DNA of 35,798 nucleotides from positions 7,735,636 through 7,771,433 of the forward strand of contig NC_069006.1 of the NCBI RefSeq assembly GCF_001194135.2, written 5' to 3'. A program made the position numbers and the translations under genes. Positions 1 through 11,059 of this stretch are shown piece after piece. The notes under the pieces were generated by a model. The model was not told the origin of the DNA and did not search any database. It saw only the letters and a program-made list of their open reading frames with translations. The DNA is from Octopus bimaculoides (Eukaryota). Each line of letters starts with the position of its first letter. Positions within the stretch are counted from its first letter, which is position 1.

Positions 1-431
1 GCTTTCATCGAATTCCACTATATGATCCGGACCACCAATAGGAGTTTTGTCCTGCAGCAGTTTTGCCGAACAAACATCTCTACAGAACTGGTACCACTGA
101 ACGGTAGTTTTTATATCAATGCAATTCATACTTGCAGATATTGTCACAGGGAAATTCGAAAATAAAATCAAACACTAAATGAAAAATTACATATGATGGC
201 AGCTTAGAGTTTTCTGTAAATGTACCTTTCCTGATGGAAAGAGTTTTGGTTTTTTTTACATTTAGCGCACTTTCTATTGACAAACCCGTCAATAGAACGA
301 CTAGAATTTTGAAAATTCATCGAATGTGTGCAAGCACACGTTTTTTCATTGGCAATATGTTTTGTCTTCAGATAATTTATAATGTTCTCTGGTGCAAGGT
401 ACAATAAAAGTTCCAATCTGGGTGTACACAA
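1..431 (-). mobile_element. Decayed Merlin (IS1016/IS1595, ISXO2-like) DNA transposase, N-terminal half, running off the left edge of the window
   Basis: Manual minus-strand translation across frameshifts gives a Cys-rich N-terminus (CAC...KCAKC), then SIRKGTFTENSKLP, then TTVQWYQFCRDVCSAKLLQDKTPIGGPDHIVEFDES. This matches the Merlin/ISXO2 pattern W..FCR.VC...IGG....VEIDES, which contains the first catalytic D. It has an in-frame stop near 175 and frameshifts. Confidence 0.8.
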
Positions 432-1200
432 TGTAAGATAAATTCAGAAAAATCGCAACAGCTGCTTCTTTTTAAAGGGTACAAATATTATTATGAAGAA
501 GATGATGATTGTTGCTGATGGGATGGTTATGGAAGCTTCTTGGTTTCAATTAGAGTTTACGGAAATAATGTATGAACTTGTGCGATGTTAATCCTTCGAA
601 ATTATTTTTAATTGTAATAATGACACAATGGGTTCAGTCCTTACCGCCAAAATTAATTTTTCTTGCAAAAGAACCCCTACACACACATACACAATTTCAG
701 AAGCTTCTTGTTATGAAGAAGAAGATGATGATGGGATGGTTCACACACACACACACACACATATACACATACATACACACACACATATCTACACATGGAC
801 GCACGTAGATAAACATAGATGAAGTCCCACTTTGGAAGTATGTTAAGATTTTTAGTAGACGTATGACGGAGAATTATTCAATATCGTGTTTGCTTCTATG
901 AGAATCGCTAAACTTTAAAGCGAGAAAACAAGACCGATGAATACAACATGTATAACATGCTGTTTCACTTCTATTTCAGCCGTTTTTCAGGCTGCATATA
1001 TTCCTTATGCATTCCAAAACCGAGTTGTCGATTTTCACGTATGGGGTATCAAAAAATTCAGTACTATTTCCACTATTAACTAAACTTTATTTTCATTGAC
1101 ATTTGAATTACAAAAATTTTAAATTATAATCTTTTCCGTAAGTCATCTATCGTAAACATTTTATACGACAACCATGACAACGTCACATTTTCTATGAGTG

Positions 1201-1412
1201 TAGGTGGCGAGCTGGCAGAAACGTTAGCATCCGGGCGAAATGCTTAGCGGTATTTCGTCTGACGTTATGTTCTGAGTTCAAATTCCACCGAGGTCGACTT
1301 TGCCTTTCATCCTTTCGGGGTCGATAAATTAAGTACCAGTTGCCTACTGAAGTCGATCTAATCGACTGGACCCCTCCCAAAAACTTTGGGCCTTGTGCCT
1401 AGAGTAGAAAAG
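1201..1412 (+). mobile_element. tRNA-derived SINE (family B) with target-site duplication
   Basis: Pol III-like head TGGCGAGCTGGCAG...GAGTTCAAATTCC and core GTCGACTTTGCCTTTCATCCTTTCGGGGTCGATAAATTAAGTACCAG, which recurs many times in the window. Flanked by ATTTTCTATGAGTG (1187-1200) and ATTTTCTAAATGAGTG (1413-1428). Confidence 0.85.
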
Positions 1413-1503
1413 ATTTTCTAAATGAGTGTGTACCTTAAAAGACATCTATCATCACCTTCACTCACTCTATCTCTCTCCCTTTCTCTCTCTCTCACACAAT
1501 CCT

Positions 1504-1905
1504 ATGGCTCTATGCAACTGTTGCAATATCACTCTTTATGGGGGAGTTCTCCGTTTCCACGGTAAAAATATTACTGCCATTACACTTTTCATGGAACACG
1601 GTGTCCTATCGTTTACTCACAATTGTCCGACATGTAATTTTCCATGCATTTTGCGCGAGGAAACGAACATGTGGCGTTGCCGTAGGATGGTACGACGACG
1701 TCGACAATCTAGAAGGAAGTGTGCACCTTTATTATTGAGAACTCCTTCCTGGAAAACACCCATGTTCTCCCTTGGAAGATTTTACTTTTCGTGAATCACT
1801 TCCTCAGCACAGCTTGGTCGCACAGATTAATCGAGGAAAATCTCGGATTCTGCCGTAAAAGTTCTGTAGATTGGCCGTTTTTCTGTGCTGAGGTCTGCCA
1901 GTTTG
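1504..1905 (+). mobile_element. Second, distinct Merlin-like transposase fragment (N-terminal zinc-finger region), frameshifted and truncated
   Basis: HNCPTCNFPC...NMWRCRR...RKC, a frameshift near 1720, then NSFLENTHVLPWKILLFVNHFLS...NLGFCRKSSVDWPFFCAEVC. This is the C..C/WRC..C finger and VDW..FC.EVC motif of Merlin/ISXO2 transposases. Similarity is lost before the catalytic DDE region. Confidence 0.7.
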
Positions 1906-2357
1906 GGGCAGAAACCACCAAAATATTTTTAAGAGGTCATGGGCCAACAGGTTTTGGAGATCTGATGGTATGCCATAAAAGCTAAACCCTTTATAAACCA
2001 GCCTTCCCCATTTTTAATATATGTTTTTTCTCCAGATTTATGTTTTTAACAGACGATATATGCATATACATATACAGTGGCACAAGTTCATACATTATGG
2101 CCACATATTTATGCGTATAAATATGTGTATGCATGTATGTGTGTGTGTATATGTATATATATGTATGTATGTATGTGTGCGTGTATGTGTATAGGTATAT
2201 ATATATATATATGTATGTATGAATATATGTATGTATGTATGTGTGCGTGTATATATATATATATATATATATATGCGTGTGTGTGTGCATGTGGAGAGTC
2301 ATAGAGAGTTATCTCCTCTTAGATAATCAAGTCACCGTGGGCGCTGTTGATGCTTTT

Positions 2358-2371
2358 GTTGCTATGACAGC
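2358..2371 (+). promoter_or_regulatory. RFX X-box-like motif GTTGCTATGACAGC
   Basis: Close to the X-box consensus GTTGCCATGGCAAC, with a perfect GTTGCTATG half-site, about 115 bp upstream of the candidate ATG of a ciliary gene. Confidence 0.5.
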
Positions 2372-2456
2372 AAATATATTTTGAATGGGTTTGCAAAGAT
2401 AATAATAATAATAATAAATAACAACAGCAACAACAACAATTATTATCATTGGGGAC

Positions 2457-2470
2457 GTTGCCACGACGAG
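2457..2470 (+). promoter_or_regulatory. Second X-box-like half-site GTTGCCACGACGAG
   Basis: GTTGCCA half-site 17-30 bp upstream of ATG 2487. Confidence 0.35.
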
Positions 2471-2486
2471 AATCTGACTTGTTACG

Positions 2487-2517
2487 ATGGAGGAAGATAA
2501 ACTGAAGTCTAAGACAA
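2487..2517 (+). CDS. CFAP100: Candidate first coding exon of CFAP100 (MEEDKLKSKT + 1 nt)
   Basis: ATG in unique sequence between microsatellites, next to X-box-like motifs. The donor A|GTAATA gives phase 1, matching the phase-1 acceptor at 6392. There is no homology support, and other exons could be hidden in gaps. Confidence 0.4.
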
Positions 2518-2817
2518 GTAATATAGGGTCTTTCTATCCTGAGTTTGTGTGTGTGTGTATGTATGTATGTATGTATGTATGTATGTATGTATGCATGCTT
2601 GTATGTGTGTGTGTGTATGGGTATCCATGTATGCATGTCCGTGTGTGTATGTATGTATTTGTGGGTGTCTTTGTATATTTATATGTATATGTCTCTTTGT
2701 CTGTCTCTTTATACATGCATACGTACATGTGTGTGTGCTTACATATATATATATGTATATGTACGTATATATATGTATAAATGTCTATATATGTGTGTAT
2801 ATGTATATATATGTATG

Positions 2818-2888
<71 letters not shown>

Positions 2889-3427
2889 GCATAGTATGTT
2901 TGTGTGTGTGTGTATTTAATCCCTTATTTGTTTCACTCTTTAGACTGCGGCCATGCTGGTGCTCCACCTTGATATGTGATTTGTGCCTAATGAATGTGTT
3001 TGAGATAGTCTTCAACATATGAAACTATTAGCAGCACTTAAGACATGTATTGTGTCCTTTAAATAAATAACATTTATCTCTCACCAGATGGAGTGCATTT
3101 TTGTTGATCTTACCATCACGGAACAGTACATTATGTGTGTGTATGTTCATGGTTGAATACCAAATTGAATTTGTCGATCTGTGTGTGTGTGTGTTTAGAT
3201 GTGTGTATGTATGAGTGTGTTCCTGTTAAGTTCCTAGTTTTTAGGGTTTTTCAAAAGGACAGGTTGCCGTCCCAAACTTCAGAATTCCTTTACAGGGCTT
3301 AAAAAAACTGAAGGACTGCTGCAATAAGAGTGTGAATCTGAGAGGGGAATATGTTGGATAAAATCATAATTAACTGATTTTTCCTGTATTTTCTTTTACC
3401 CAAAGCCAGAAACTTTTCACCGCCCAC

Positions 3428-3480
<53 letters not shown>

Positions 3481-3562
3481 TTTATATCAAATTAAATACA
3501 CAACCAAAAGCGCTACAAGTAGTTTCATGCTGTTACGATACTTGGACAGGAATATTTATAAA

Positions 3563-4387
3563 NNNNNNNNNNNNNNNNNNNNNNNNNNNNNNNNNNNNNN
3601 NNNNNNNNNNNNNNNNNNNNNNNNNNNNNNNNNNNNNNNNNNNNNNNNNNNNNNNNNNNNNNNNNNNNNNNNNNNNNNNNNNNNNNNNNNNNNNNNNNNN
3701 NNNNNNNNNNNNNNNNNNNNNNNNNNNNNNNNNNNNNNNNNNNNNNNNNNNNNNNNNNNNNNNNNNNNNNNNNNNNNNNNNNNNNNNNNNNNNNNNNNNN
3801 NNNNNNNNNNNNNNNNNNNNNNNNNNNNNNNNNNNNNNNNNNNNNNNNNNNNNNNNNNNNNNNNNNNNNNNNNNNNNNNNNNNNNNNNNNNNNNNNNNNN
3901 NNNNNNNNNNNNNNNNNNNNNNNNNNNNNNNNNNNNNNNNNNNNNNNNNNNNNNNNNNNNNNNNNNNNNNNNNNNNNNNNNNNNNNNNNNNNNNNNNNNN
4001 NNNNNNNNNNNNNNNNNNNNNNNNNNNNNNNNNNNNNNNNNNNNNNNNNNNNNNNNNNNNNNNNNNNNNNNNNNNNNNNNNNNNNNNNNNNNNNNNNNNN
4101 NNNNNNNNNNNNNNNNNNNNNNNNNNNNNNNNNNNNNNNNNNNNNNNNNNNNNNNNNNNNNNNNNNNNNNNNNNNNNNNNNNNNNNNNNNNNNNNNNNNN
4201 NNNNNNNNNNNNNNNNNNNNNNNNNNNNNNNNNNNNNNNNNNNNNNNNNNNNNNNNNNNNNNNNNNNNNNNNNNNNNNNNNNNNNNNNNNNNNNNNNNNN
4301 NNNNNNNNNNNNNNNNNNNNNNNNNNNNNNNNNNNNNNNNNNNNNNNNNNNNNNNNNNNNNNNNNNNNNNNNNNNNNNNNNNNNNNN
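3563..4387. other. Assembly gap (one of 11 N-runs)
   Basis: The other gaps are 5534-6209, 7223-7605, 12174-12472, 15771-15791, 17289-17298, 18241-18622, 25836-25845, 26148-26798, 27603-27702 and 30732-31315. Most are bordered by microsatellites. Confidence 1.
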
Positions 4388-4428
<41 letters not shown>

Positions 4429-4760
4429 AAAAGTTTCGAATGGTACAACAATGCACTATAATACAAAAAATGGACTCTATACCTGTTGTAATTTAGTTAT
4501 CTGTAGTCCGATGATATTTCAGAATACAATTCCTTCTTCAGATATTCTTCGATGGAGTCTCTGCTATAAACTGTTTTCCAACCATTATAATGAGGGAGGC
4601 CGGTTTATGGGGTTACTATGGGTTTCTCGCTCTGCTCTACATCTTAGAGTGTGCTTCTCCTCTGGATTTATGTATTTCTACAAATGACATATATATCTGT
4701 GTGTGTGTATAATATATATCTATATTTATAGATATATAGATAGATAGATATAGATATATA

Positions 4761-5162
4761 GGCAAGCTGGAAAATCGTTAGCATGCCAGGTTAAATTCTT
4801 CATGGCATTTCGGCTGTCTTAACATTTCGAGTTCAAATTTCATTGAGGTTGACTTTGTTTGACATGCTTTCAGGGTCGATAAAATAAGTACCAGTTGAGC
4901 ACTGGTGTCGATCTTGTTCCCTCCCTCAAAATTGCTGGCCCTTTTTTTGTTTATCTTTTACTTGTTTCAGTCATTTGACTGTGGCCATGCTCAGGCATCC
5001 CCTTGAAGGATTTTAGTCGAATGAATCGACCTCAGTACTTATTAATTTTTTTGTAAAGCCTGGTACTCATTCTCTCGATCTTTGTTTGCTAAACTGCTAA
5101 GTTACAGTGATGCAAACACACTAACACCAATTGTCAAGCAATGGTGGAAGACAAACACAGAT

Positions 5163-5195
<33 letters not shown>

Positions 5196-5470
5196 CATAT
5201 AGACAAGAGACTTATTTCAGTTTCCCCTCTACTAAATCTGCTCACAAATCTTTTGTTGGCCCAAGGTGCTACACCGTATGACTGAACCAGGATTCTTACC
5301 ACACAGCCACACCAGCGCCTGTGCCCAAATACATCGATCCTAGGGTACCACTGGTACTTAATTTATTGATCCCGAGAGGCTAAAACGCAATGTCGACCTC
5401 AGCGGAATTTGAACTCAGAACATTGCGGCAGACGAAATGCAGCAAAGGATTTCACCCGGCATGCTAATGA
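4761..5470. mobile_element. Cluster of SINEs: family B (+, ~4761-4935), family A (-, ~4945-5320), family B (-, ~5335-5470)
   Basis: Recurrent family motifs GTCGATAAAATAAGTACCAG and TTTTACTTGTTTCAGTCATTTGACTGTGGCCATGCT. Boundaries are approximate. Confidence 0.75.
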
Positions 5471-5500
5471 TTAATATATACATACATATGTGTGTGTATT

Positions 5501-5533
<33 letters not shown>

Positions 5534-6209
5534 NNNNNNNNNNNNNNNNNNNNNNNNNNNNNNNNNNNNNNNNNNNNNNNNNNNNNNNNNNNNNNNNNNN
5601 NNNNNNNNNNNNNNNNNNNNNNNNNNNNNNNNNNNNNNNNNNNNNNNNNNNNNNNNNNNNNNNNNNNNNNNNNNNNNNNNNNNNNNNNNNNNNNNNNNNN
5701 NNNNNNNNNNNNNNNNNNNNNNNNNNNNNNNNNNNNNNNNNNNNNNNNNNNNNNNNNNNNNNNNNNNNNNNNNNNNNNNNNNNNNNNNNNNNNNNNNNNN
5801 NNNNNNNNNNNNNNNNNNNNNNNNNNNNNNNNNNNNNNNNNNNNNNNNNNNNNNNNNNNNNNNNNNNNNNNNNNNNNNNNNNNNNNNNNNNNNNNNNNNN
5901 NNNNNNNNNNNNNNNNNNNNNNNNNNNNNNNNNNNNNNNNNNNNNNNNNNNNNNNNNNNNNNNNNNNNNNNNNNNNNNNNNNNNNNNNNNNNNNNNNNNN
6001 NNNNNNNNNNNNNNNNNNNNNNNNNNNNNNNNNNNNNNNNNNNNNNNNNNNNNNNNNNNNNNNNNNNNNNNNNNNNNNNNNNNNNNNNNNNNNNNNNNNN
6101 NNNNNNNNNNNNNNNNNNNNNNNNNNNNNNNNNNNNNNNNNNNNNNNNNNNNNNNNNNNNNNNNNNNNNNNNNNNNNNNNNNNNNNNNNNNNNNNNNNNN
6201 NNNNNNNNN

Positions 6210-6247
<38 letters not shown>

Positions 6248-6283
6248 GTATACATATATATATATATGTATACACATGTATAC

Positions 6284-6317
<34 letters not shown>

Positions 6318-6391
6318 ATTTATGCTCAAACATATTGTTTATAAAAACAATTGTTTCTTTATCTGCTTTTGTTTTTGTTTTTTGTAATCAG

Positions 6392-6483
6392 GTGACACGT
6401 CATATCCCAAGAACCCCTTCAAGATGGCAATCGATGCAGACATTTTTGAACTCCGGGAAAAAGAGAGGATGATCAAGAACGAA
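6392..6483 (+). CDS. CFAP100: CFAP100/CCDC37 exon: DTSYPKNPFKMAIDADIFELREKERMIKNE
   Basis: T-rich tract + AATCAG acceptor and GAA|GTGAGT donor; 92 nt, phase 1 to 0. The NPF...DIF.LR.KER motif is typical of the CCDC37/CFAP100 N-terminus. Confidence 0.85.
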
Positions 6484-6672
6484 GTGAGTAAAAGCTTTGG
6501 CAATATTTAAAAGTCTGCTACTAATGGCGGTGAGGATAAGTACGAGAACCATAATGACATTCGTTGGGAGTCGCAATGACAAAAATGTTTTTGTAACGCA
6601 AGCAATTATATCGATTGAGTTAGCTCCCTTGCACTGTAGCCTGAAACATCCAGGGTAGACAACTTGTTATAA

Positions 6673-7126
6673 TTCCTTTCTACTCTAAGCACAAGGCCCG
6701 ACATTTTTCGGGAGGGGACCAGTCGATTAGACCGACTTCAGTACGCAACTGGCACTTAATTCATCGACCTCGGCGGAATTTGAACTCAGAACGTAAAGAC
6801 AGACGAAATACCGCTAAGCATTTCGCCCGGCGTGCTAACGTTTCGCCGCCTTTAACAACTCGTTATAATTGTTACGGAACGAGAGTTTGGTTACTCTTTT
6901 ACTCTTTTACTTGTTTCAGTCATTTTGACTGCGGCCATGCTGGAGCACCGCCTTTAATCGAGAAAATCGACCCCAGGACTTATTCTTTGTAAGCCTACTA
7001 CTTATTCTATCGGTCTCTTTTGCCGGATCGCTAAGTTACGGGGACGTAAACACACCAGCATCGGTTGTCAAGCGATGGTGGGGGGACAAACACAGACACA
7101 CAAATACACACACACACACACATACA

Positions 7127-7168
<42 letters not shown>

Positions 7169-7222
7169 CATATATACGACGGGCTTCTTTCAGTTTCCAT
7201 CTACCAAATCCACTCACAAGGC
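6673..7222 (-). mobile_element. SINE family B (~6673-6851) followed by SINE family A (~6893-7222, cut by a gap)
   Basis: Reverse-complement matches to 1201-1412 and 11735-12142 respectively. Confidence 0.8.
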
Positions 7223-7605
7223 NNNNNNNNNNNNNNNNNNNNNNNNNNNNNNNNNNNNNNNNNNNNNNNNNNNNNNNNNNNNNNNNNNNNNNNNNNNNNN
7301 NNNNNNNNNNNNNNNNNNNNNNNNNNNNNNNNNNNNNNNNNNNNNNNNNNNNNNNNNNNNNNNNNNNNNNNNNNNNNNNNNNNNNNNNNNNNNNNNNNNN
7401 NNNNNNNNNNNNNNNNNNNNNNNNNNNNNNNNNNNNNNNNNNNNNNNNNNNNNNNNNNNNNNNNNNNNNNNNNNNNNNNNNNNNNNNNNNNNNNNNNNNN
7501 NNNNNNNNNNNNNNNNNNNNNNNNNNNNNNNNNNNNNNNNNNNNNNNNNNNNNNNNNNNNNNNNNNNNNNNNNNNNNNNNNNNNNNNNNNNNNNNNNNNN
7601 NNNNN

Positions 7606-7648
<43 letters not shown>

Positions 7649-8404
7649 CATACAGTCATGCCTCGATATACAGGTTAATTTGTTCCTGGAGACTGCTTGT
7701 AAAACCAAAAACCTCAAAGCAGAGCAATAATTTCCCATAGTAGTAATGTTATGAACCATTATTAGTTCCCAGGAAAATATTGTACCTATAGAATATATAA
7801 TACTCGTAATTAAATGGCAATAAAACAACAGCAGAATGTAAAGAATATTTTATGTAAAGTGAAAAGAATGCCACGATCATTTAGGATAAAAAATATTATT
7901 ACTATAACCGTTTTCTGAATCACTTTCCCTCACACTAGACTCGTGCAAACCATCACTTGTTGAGGCGATCGCCGATTCACACAGACTTGTAGATTTCTTT
8001 TTAAAAACCAAGTCTAGAGTTGTTTGCTTAGAAGAAGCTTTTTTTTTTTTTTGCTCTCTATAAATTTCTCAGCAACATGCAGAAGCATTCGTTATGGTAG
8101 TAGAAACTTTTGTACTTTGTTCAAAATTTGGATCTTGTGCTAGAAAAATAAAGCTCGTAAACCCAGGGTCTTGTAAAGCAGGCCCTCGTAAAGTGAGGTA
8201 TTACTGTGTATATATATATATTATTTATTTGACTTTTTTGTTTTACTTTCACTTCTCAATTATGTTTTCCTCTTGAACTGTACTTTCTATGCATTTCGAT
8301 CGAATCCCTGGCAAGTTTACATGGGATCTCCCAATGACAATGTGAACTTCATATAATCAAAGTCTCCTTGGCCTGAAGAGTAGCTTGCAGTCTACCCCCC
8401 AGTC

Positions 8405-8657
8405 TACCAGCATCGGTTGTCAAGCAACGTTGGGGGTACAAACACAGACACACAAACAAACAGACATATATATATATGCGCATATACATATATATGACAG
8501 GCTTCTTTCAGTTTCCGTCTACAAAATCCACTCAAGGCTTTGGTTAGCCCAAGGCTATAGTAGAAGAGACTTGCTCAAGATGCCACGCAGTGGGACTGAA
8601 CCCTGAACCATGTGGTTGGTAAGCAAGCTACTTACCACACAGCCACTCCTGCACCTA
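8405..8657 (-). mobile_element. SINE family A copy (5' part)
   Basis: Reverse complement of the head AGGTGCAGGAGTGGCTGTGTGGTAAG...GGTTCAGTCCCACTGCGTGGCA, with an internal (CA/TA)n. Confidence 0.8.
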
Positions 8658-8727
8658 TGTATATATATATATATATATATATATGCGTATAAGAAGGGAT
8701 GACCACTAAGTGGACTTCTGATATATA

Positions 8728-8948
8728 CAGTAATCCCTCTACATATCACAGTTCACCTATCACGCTTTATTATTTAAGCTTATGTCAATTACCCCATGCT
8801 GTTGTTTTGCATTTATGATAAAATAAATATATACAAATTATAAAAATGGTAAAAAAAATATACGGTACAGTACCGTTTCTACTTCGCAGATTTTCACCTA
8901 TTGTGGAGGGTTTTAGAAGTAACACCCGAGATAGTCGAGGGATTACTG
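8728..8948. mobile_element. Tigger/pogo-type MITE (TcMar), 221 bp
   Basis: Terminal inverted repeats CAGTAATCCCTC (8728-8739) and GAGGGATTACTG (8937-8948), flanked by TA on both sides. Confidence 0.85.
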
Positions 8949-8971
8949 TATACATACACACATACACATGT

Positions 8972-9270
8972 ATCATCATCATCATCGTTTAACGTCTGCT
9001 TTCCATGCTAGCATGGGTTGAACGATTTGACTGAGGACTGGTGAAACCGGATGGTAACACCAGGCTCCAATCTGATTTGGCAGAGTTTCTACAGCTGGAT
9101 GCCCTTCCTAATGCCAACTACTCTGAGAGTGTAGTGGGTGCTTTTACGTGTCACCGGCACGAAGGCCAGTCAGGCAGTACTGGCAACGGCCACGCTCGAA
9201 ATGGTGTATTTTACGTGCCACCTGCACAAGAGCCAGTCCAGGGGCACTGGCAACGATCTCGCTCGAAAAT
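8972..9270 (-). mobile_element. RTE-clade LINE 3' end (or RTE-tailed non-autonomous element) with a (GAT)n tail
   Basis: (CAT)n-CGTTTAACGTC...CTACAGCTGGATGCCCTTCCTAATGCCAAC motif. The same element occurs at ~15577-15770, ~20127-20432, ~25687-26147, ~33168-33430 and ~34097-34760 (all -), and at ~13310-13520 and ~28598-29069 (+). The 13310 copy begins with the ORF end YAVLEKTHQAK. Confidence 0.75.
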
Positions 9271-9309
<39 letters not shown>

Positions 9310-9314
<5 letters not shown>

Positions 9315-9480
9315 ACACAACAGGCTTCTTTCAGTTTTCATCTACCACATTCACTCACAAGTCTTTTGTCAGCCTGAGGCTATAATAGAAGACACTTGCC
9401 CAAGGTGCCAAGCCGTGGGACTGAACCTTAAACCATGTGGTTGGGTAGCAAACTTGTTAACCACAGCTACACTTGCACCT
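9310..9480 (-). mobile_element. SINE family A head fragment
   Basis: CAGGCTTCTTTCAGTTT...CACTTGCCCAAGGTGCC...GGGACTGAACC motif. Confidence 0.75.
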
Positions 9481-9584
9481 CTGTGTGTTTGTGTCTTCAT
9501 ATTTTTCCACGATCAACCTATCTTAGAGTTAATTTTTAAGGTGTCACATACTCAATACCTGTATCCATTGTCGTTCGTCTGCAG

Positions 9585-9759
9585 GAGAGGTTGAAGCAGA
9601 AAAACCTGAAGATCCATCAGAAGGTGACGTATGCACACAAGATCAAATCTCACAAAAGGATCACCATGAAACCAGATGAGGACCTGGAAGAAGATGGAGA
9701 AGAGGAAGAAAGCAAATCTGTCAAAGATGATTCACAGTTCACCATTGCCATTACGAAAG
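9585..9759 (+). CDS. CFAP100: CFAP100 exon: ERLKQKNLKIHQKVTYAHKIK...EEESKSVKDDSQFTIAITK
   Basis: CTGCAG acceptor and AAG|GTGGGA donor; 175 nt, phase 0 to 1; continues the previous exon in frame. Confidence 0.88.
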
Positions 9760-9821
9760 GTGGGAAACAACAAACGTTTCCAGGGTGTTTTTGTTTTGTT
9801 TTCTCTTGTTATTTGGACATT

Positions 9822-10545
9822 TGAGTGTGTGTGTGAGTGTGAGTGTGAGTGAGTGTATGCGTGTCTATGTTTGTGTGTGTTTATATATATTAGTGTGTAT
9901 ATATATATGAATGTGTGTGTGAGTGTATATGCATGAGTGTTTATATATATTAGTGTGTGTATATATGAATGAGTGTGTGTGTTTATATATATTAGTGTGT
10001 GTATATATATATATATATGAATGTGTGTATATGCATGAGTGTTTATATATATTAGTGTGTGTATATATGAATGAGTGTGAGTGTGTGTGTGTTTATATAT
10101 ATTAGTGTGTGTATATATATATGAATGCGTGTGTGAGTGAGTGAGTGTATGCGTGTGTATGTTTGTGTGTGTTTATATATATTAGTGTGTATATATATAT
10201 ATATATATATGAATGTATGTGTGTGTATATGCATGAGTGTTTATATATATTAGTGTGTGTATATATGAATGAGTGTGTGTGTTTATATATATTAGTGTGT
10301 GTATATATATATGAATGCGTGTGTTAGTGTGTGTATATATGCATGAGTGTTTATATATATTAGTGTGTGTATATATGAATGAGTGCGAGTGTGTGTGTGT
10401 TTATATATATTAGTGTGTTTATATATATATGAATGCGTGTGTTAGTGTGTGTGTATATGCATGAGTGTTTATATATATTAGTGTGCGTATATATGAATGA
10501 GTGCGTGTGTGTGTGCATGAGTGTGAGAGATGTGTACATGTGAAG
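9822..10545. repeat. Compound minisatellite built on GTGTGTTTATATATATTAGTGTGTGTATATATGAAT
   Basis: More than 10 copies of the TTTATATATATTAGTGTG core with variable (GT)n/(TA)n arms. Confidence 0.85.
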
Positions 10546-10697
10546 TGGACATTGAAACAACAATGATCATCATCATCATCATATATACAAGGTTGTATCA
10601 AAAGGTTCTTGGGCTATAAAGTTCTAGATTTAAGAGATGAGGAATTATGTACATTATTTACATTTGACAAATATTTGTCCTCATCTTGTCTGTTATT

Positions 10698-10743
10698 AAC
10701 ACAACATTTCGGCTGATATACCCTCCAGCTTTCATCAGGTGTT
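10698..10743 (-). ncRNA. Minimal type I hammerhead ribozyme motif (Penelope-like), slightly decayed
   Basis: Minus strand: AACAC-CTGATGA-A-AGCTG-GAGGGTATAT-CAGCC-GAAA-TGTT-GTGTT. Stem I is AACAC/GTGTT and stem II is GCTG/CAGC. The stem III palindrome ACGT is altered to ATGT, consistent with CpG decay. Confidence 0.7.
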
Positions 10744-10790
10744 TTGGGGAAATTTCGAACCTAGGTTCTCATTCTTAAGGTATTTTTTGA

Positions 10791-10847
<57 letters not shown>

Positions 10848-10861
10848 CATTATTATTATTA

Positions 10862-10901
<40 letters not shown>

Positions 10902-11018
10902 CATTATCATCATTATCATCATCATTCAGGTCACTGCTTGGAATCAAACTCAGAATCTTGGGGTTAGTAGACCGTGCTCTTAACCACTATGCCATATGCC
11001 CGTTCGAAATTTCCCCAA

Positions 11019-11059
11019 GACACCTGATGAAGGCTGGAGGGTGTATCAGCTGAAACATT
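11019..11059 (+). ncRNA. Truncated hammerhead motif (inverted copy) ending at the predicted cleavage triplet
   Basis: GACAC-CTGATGA-A-GGCTG-GAGGGTGTAT-CAGCT-GAAA-CATT, after which the sequence reverts to mariner. The 3' strand of stem I is absent. Confidence 0.6.

Larger units (their letters stand above)
10617..11059 (-). mobile_element. tRNA-headed SINE-like element with a Penelope-type hammerhead tail plus an inverted partial copy
   Basis: On the minus strand: A box TGGCATAGTGG (10984-10994), B box GTTTGATTCC (10940-10949), (AAT)n body and hammerhead core at 10698-10743. A 58-bp inverted repeat spans 10703-10760 / 11002-11059 with 6 mismatches. A near-duplication TTCTTGG(G/A)CTA lies at 10606-10616 and 11058-11068. 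Confidence 0.75.

Noticed and set aside
10925-11001. tRNA gene (also the SINE heads at 1201 and 11735)
   Set aside because: A/B boxes are present but there is no complete cloverleaf or acceptor stem, and each head continues into a repeat body, so these are SINE heads.
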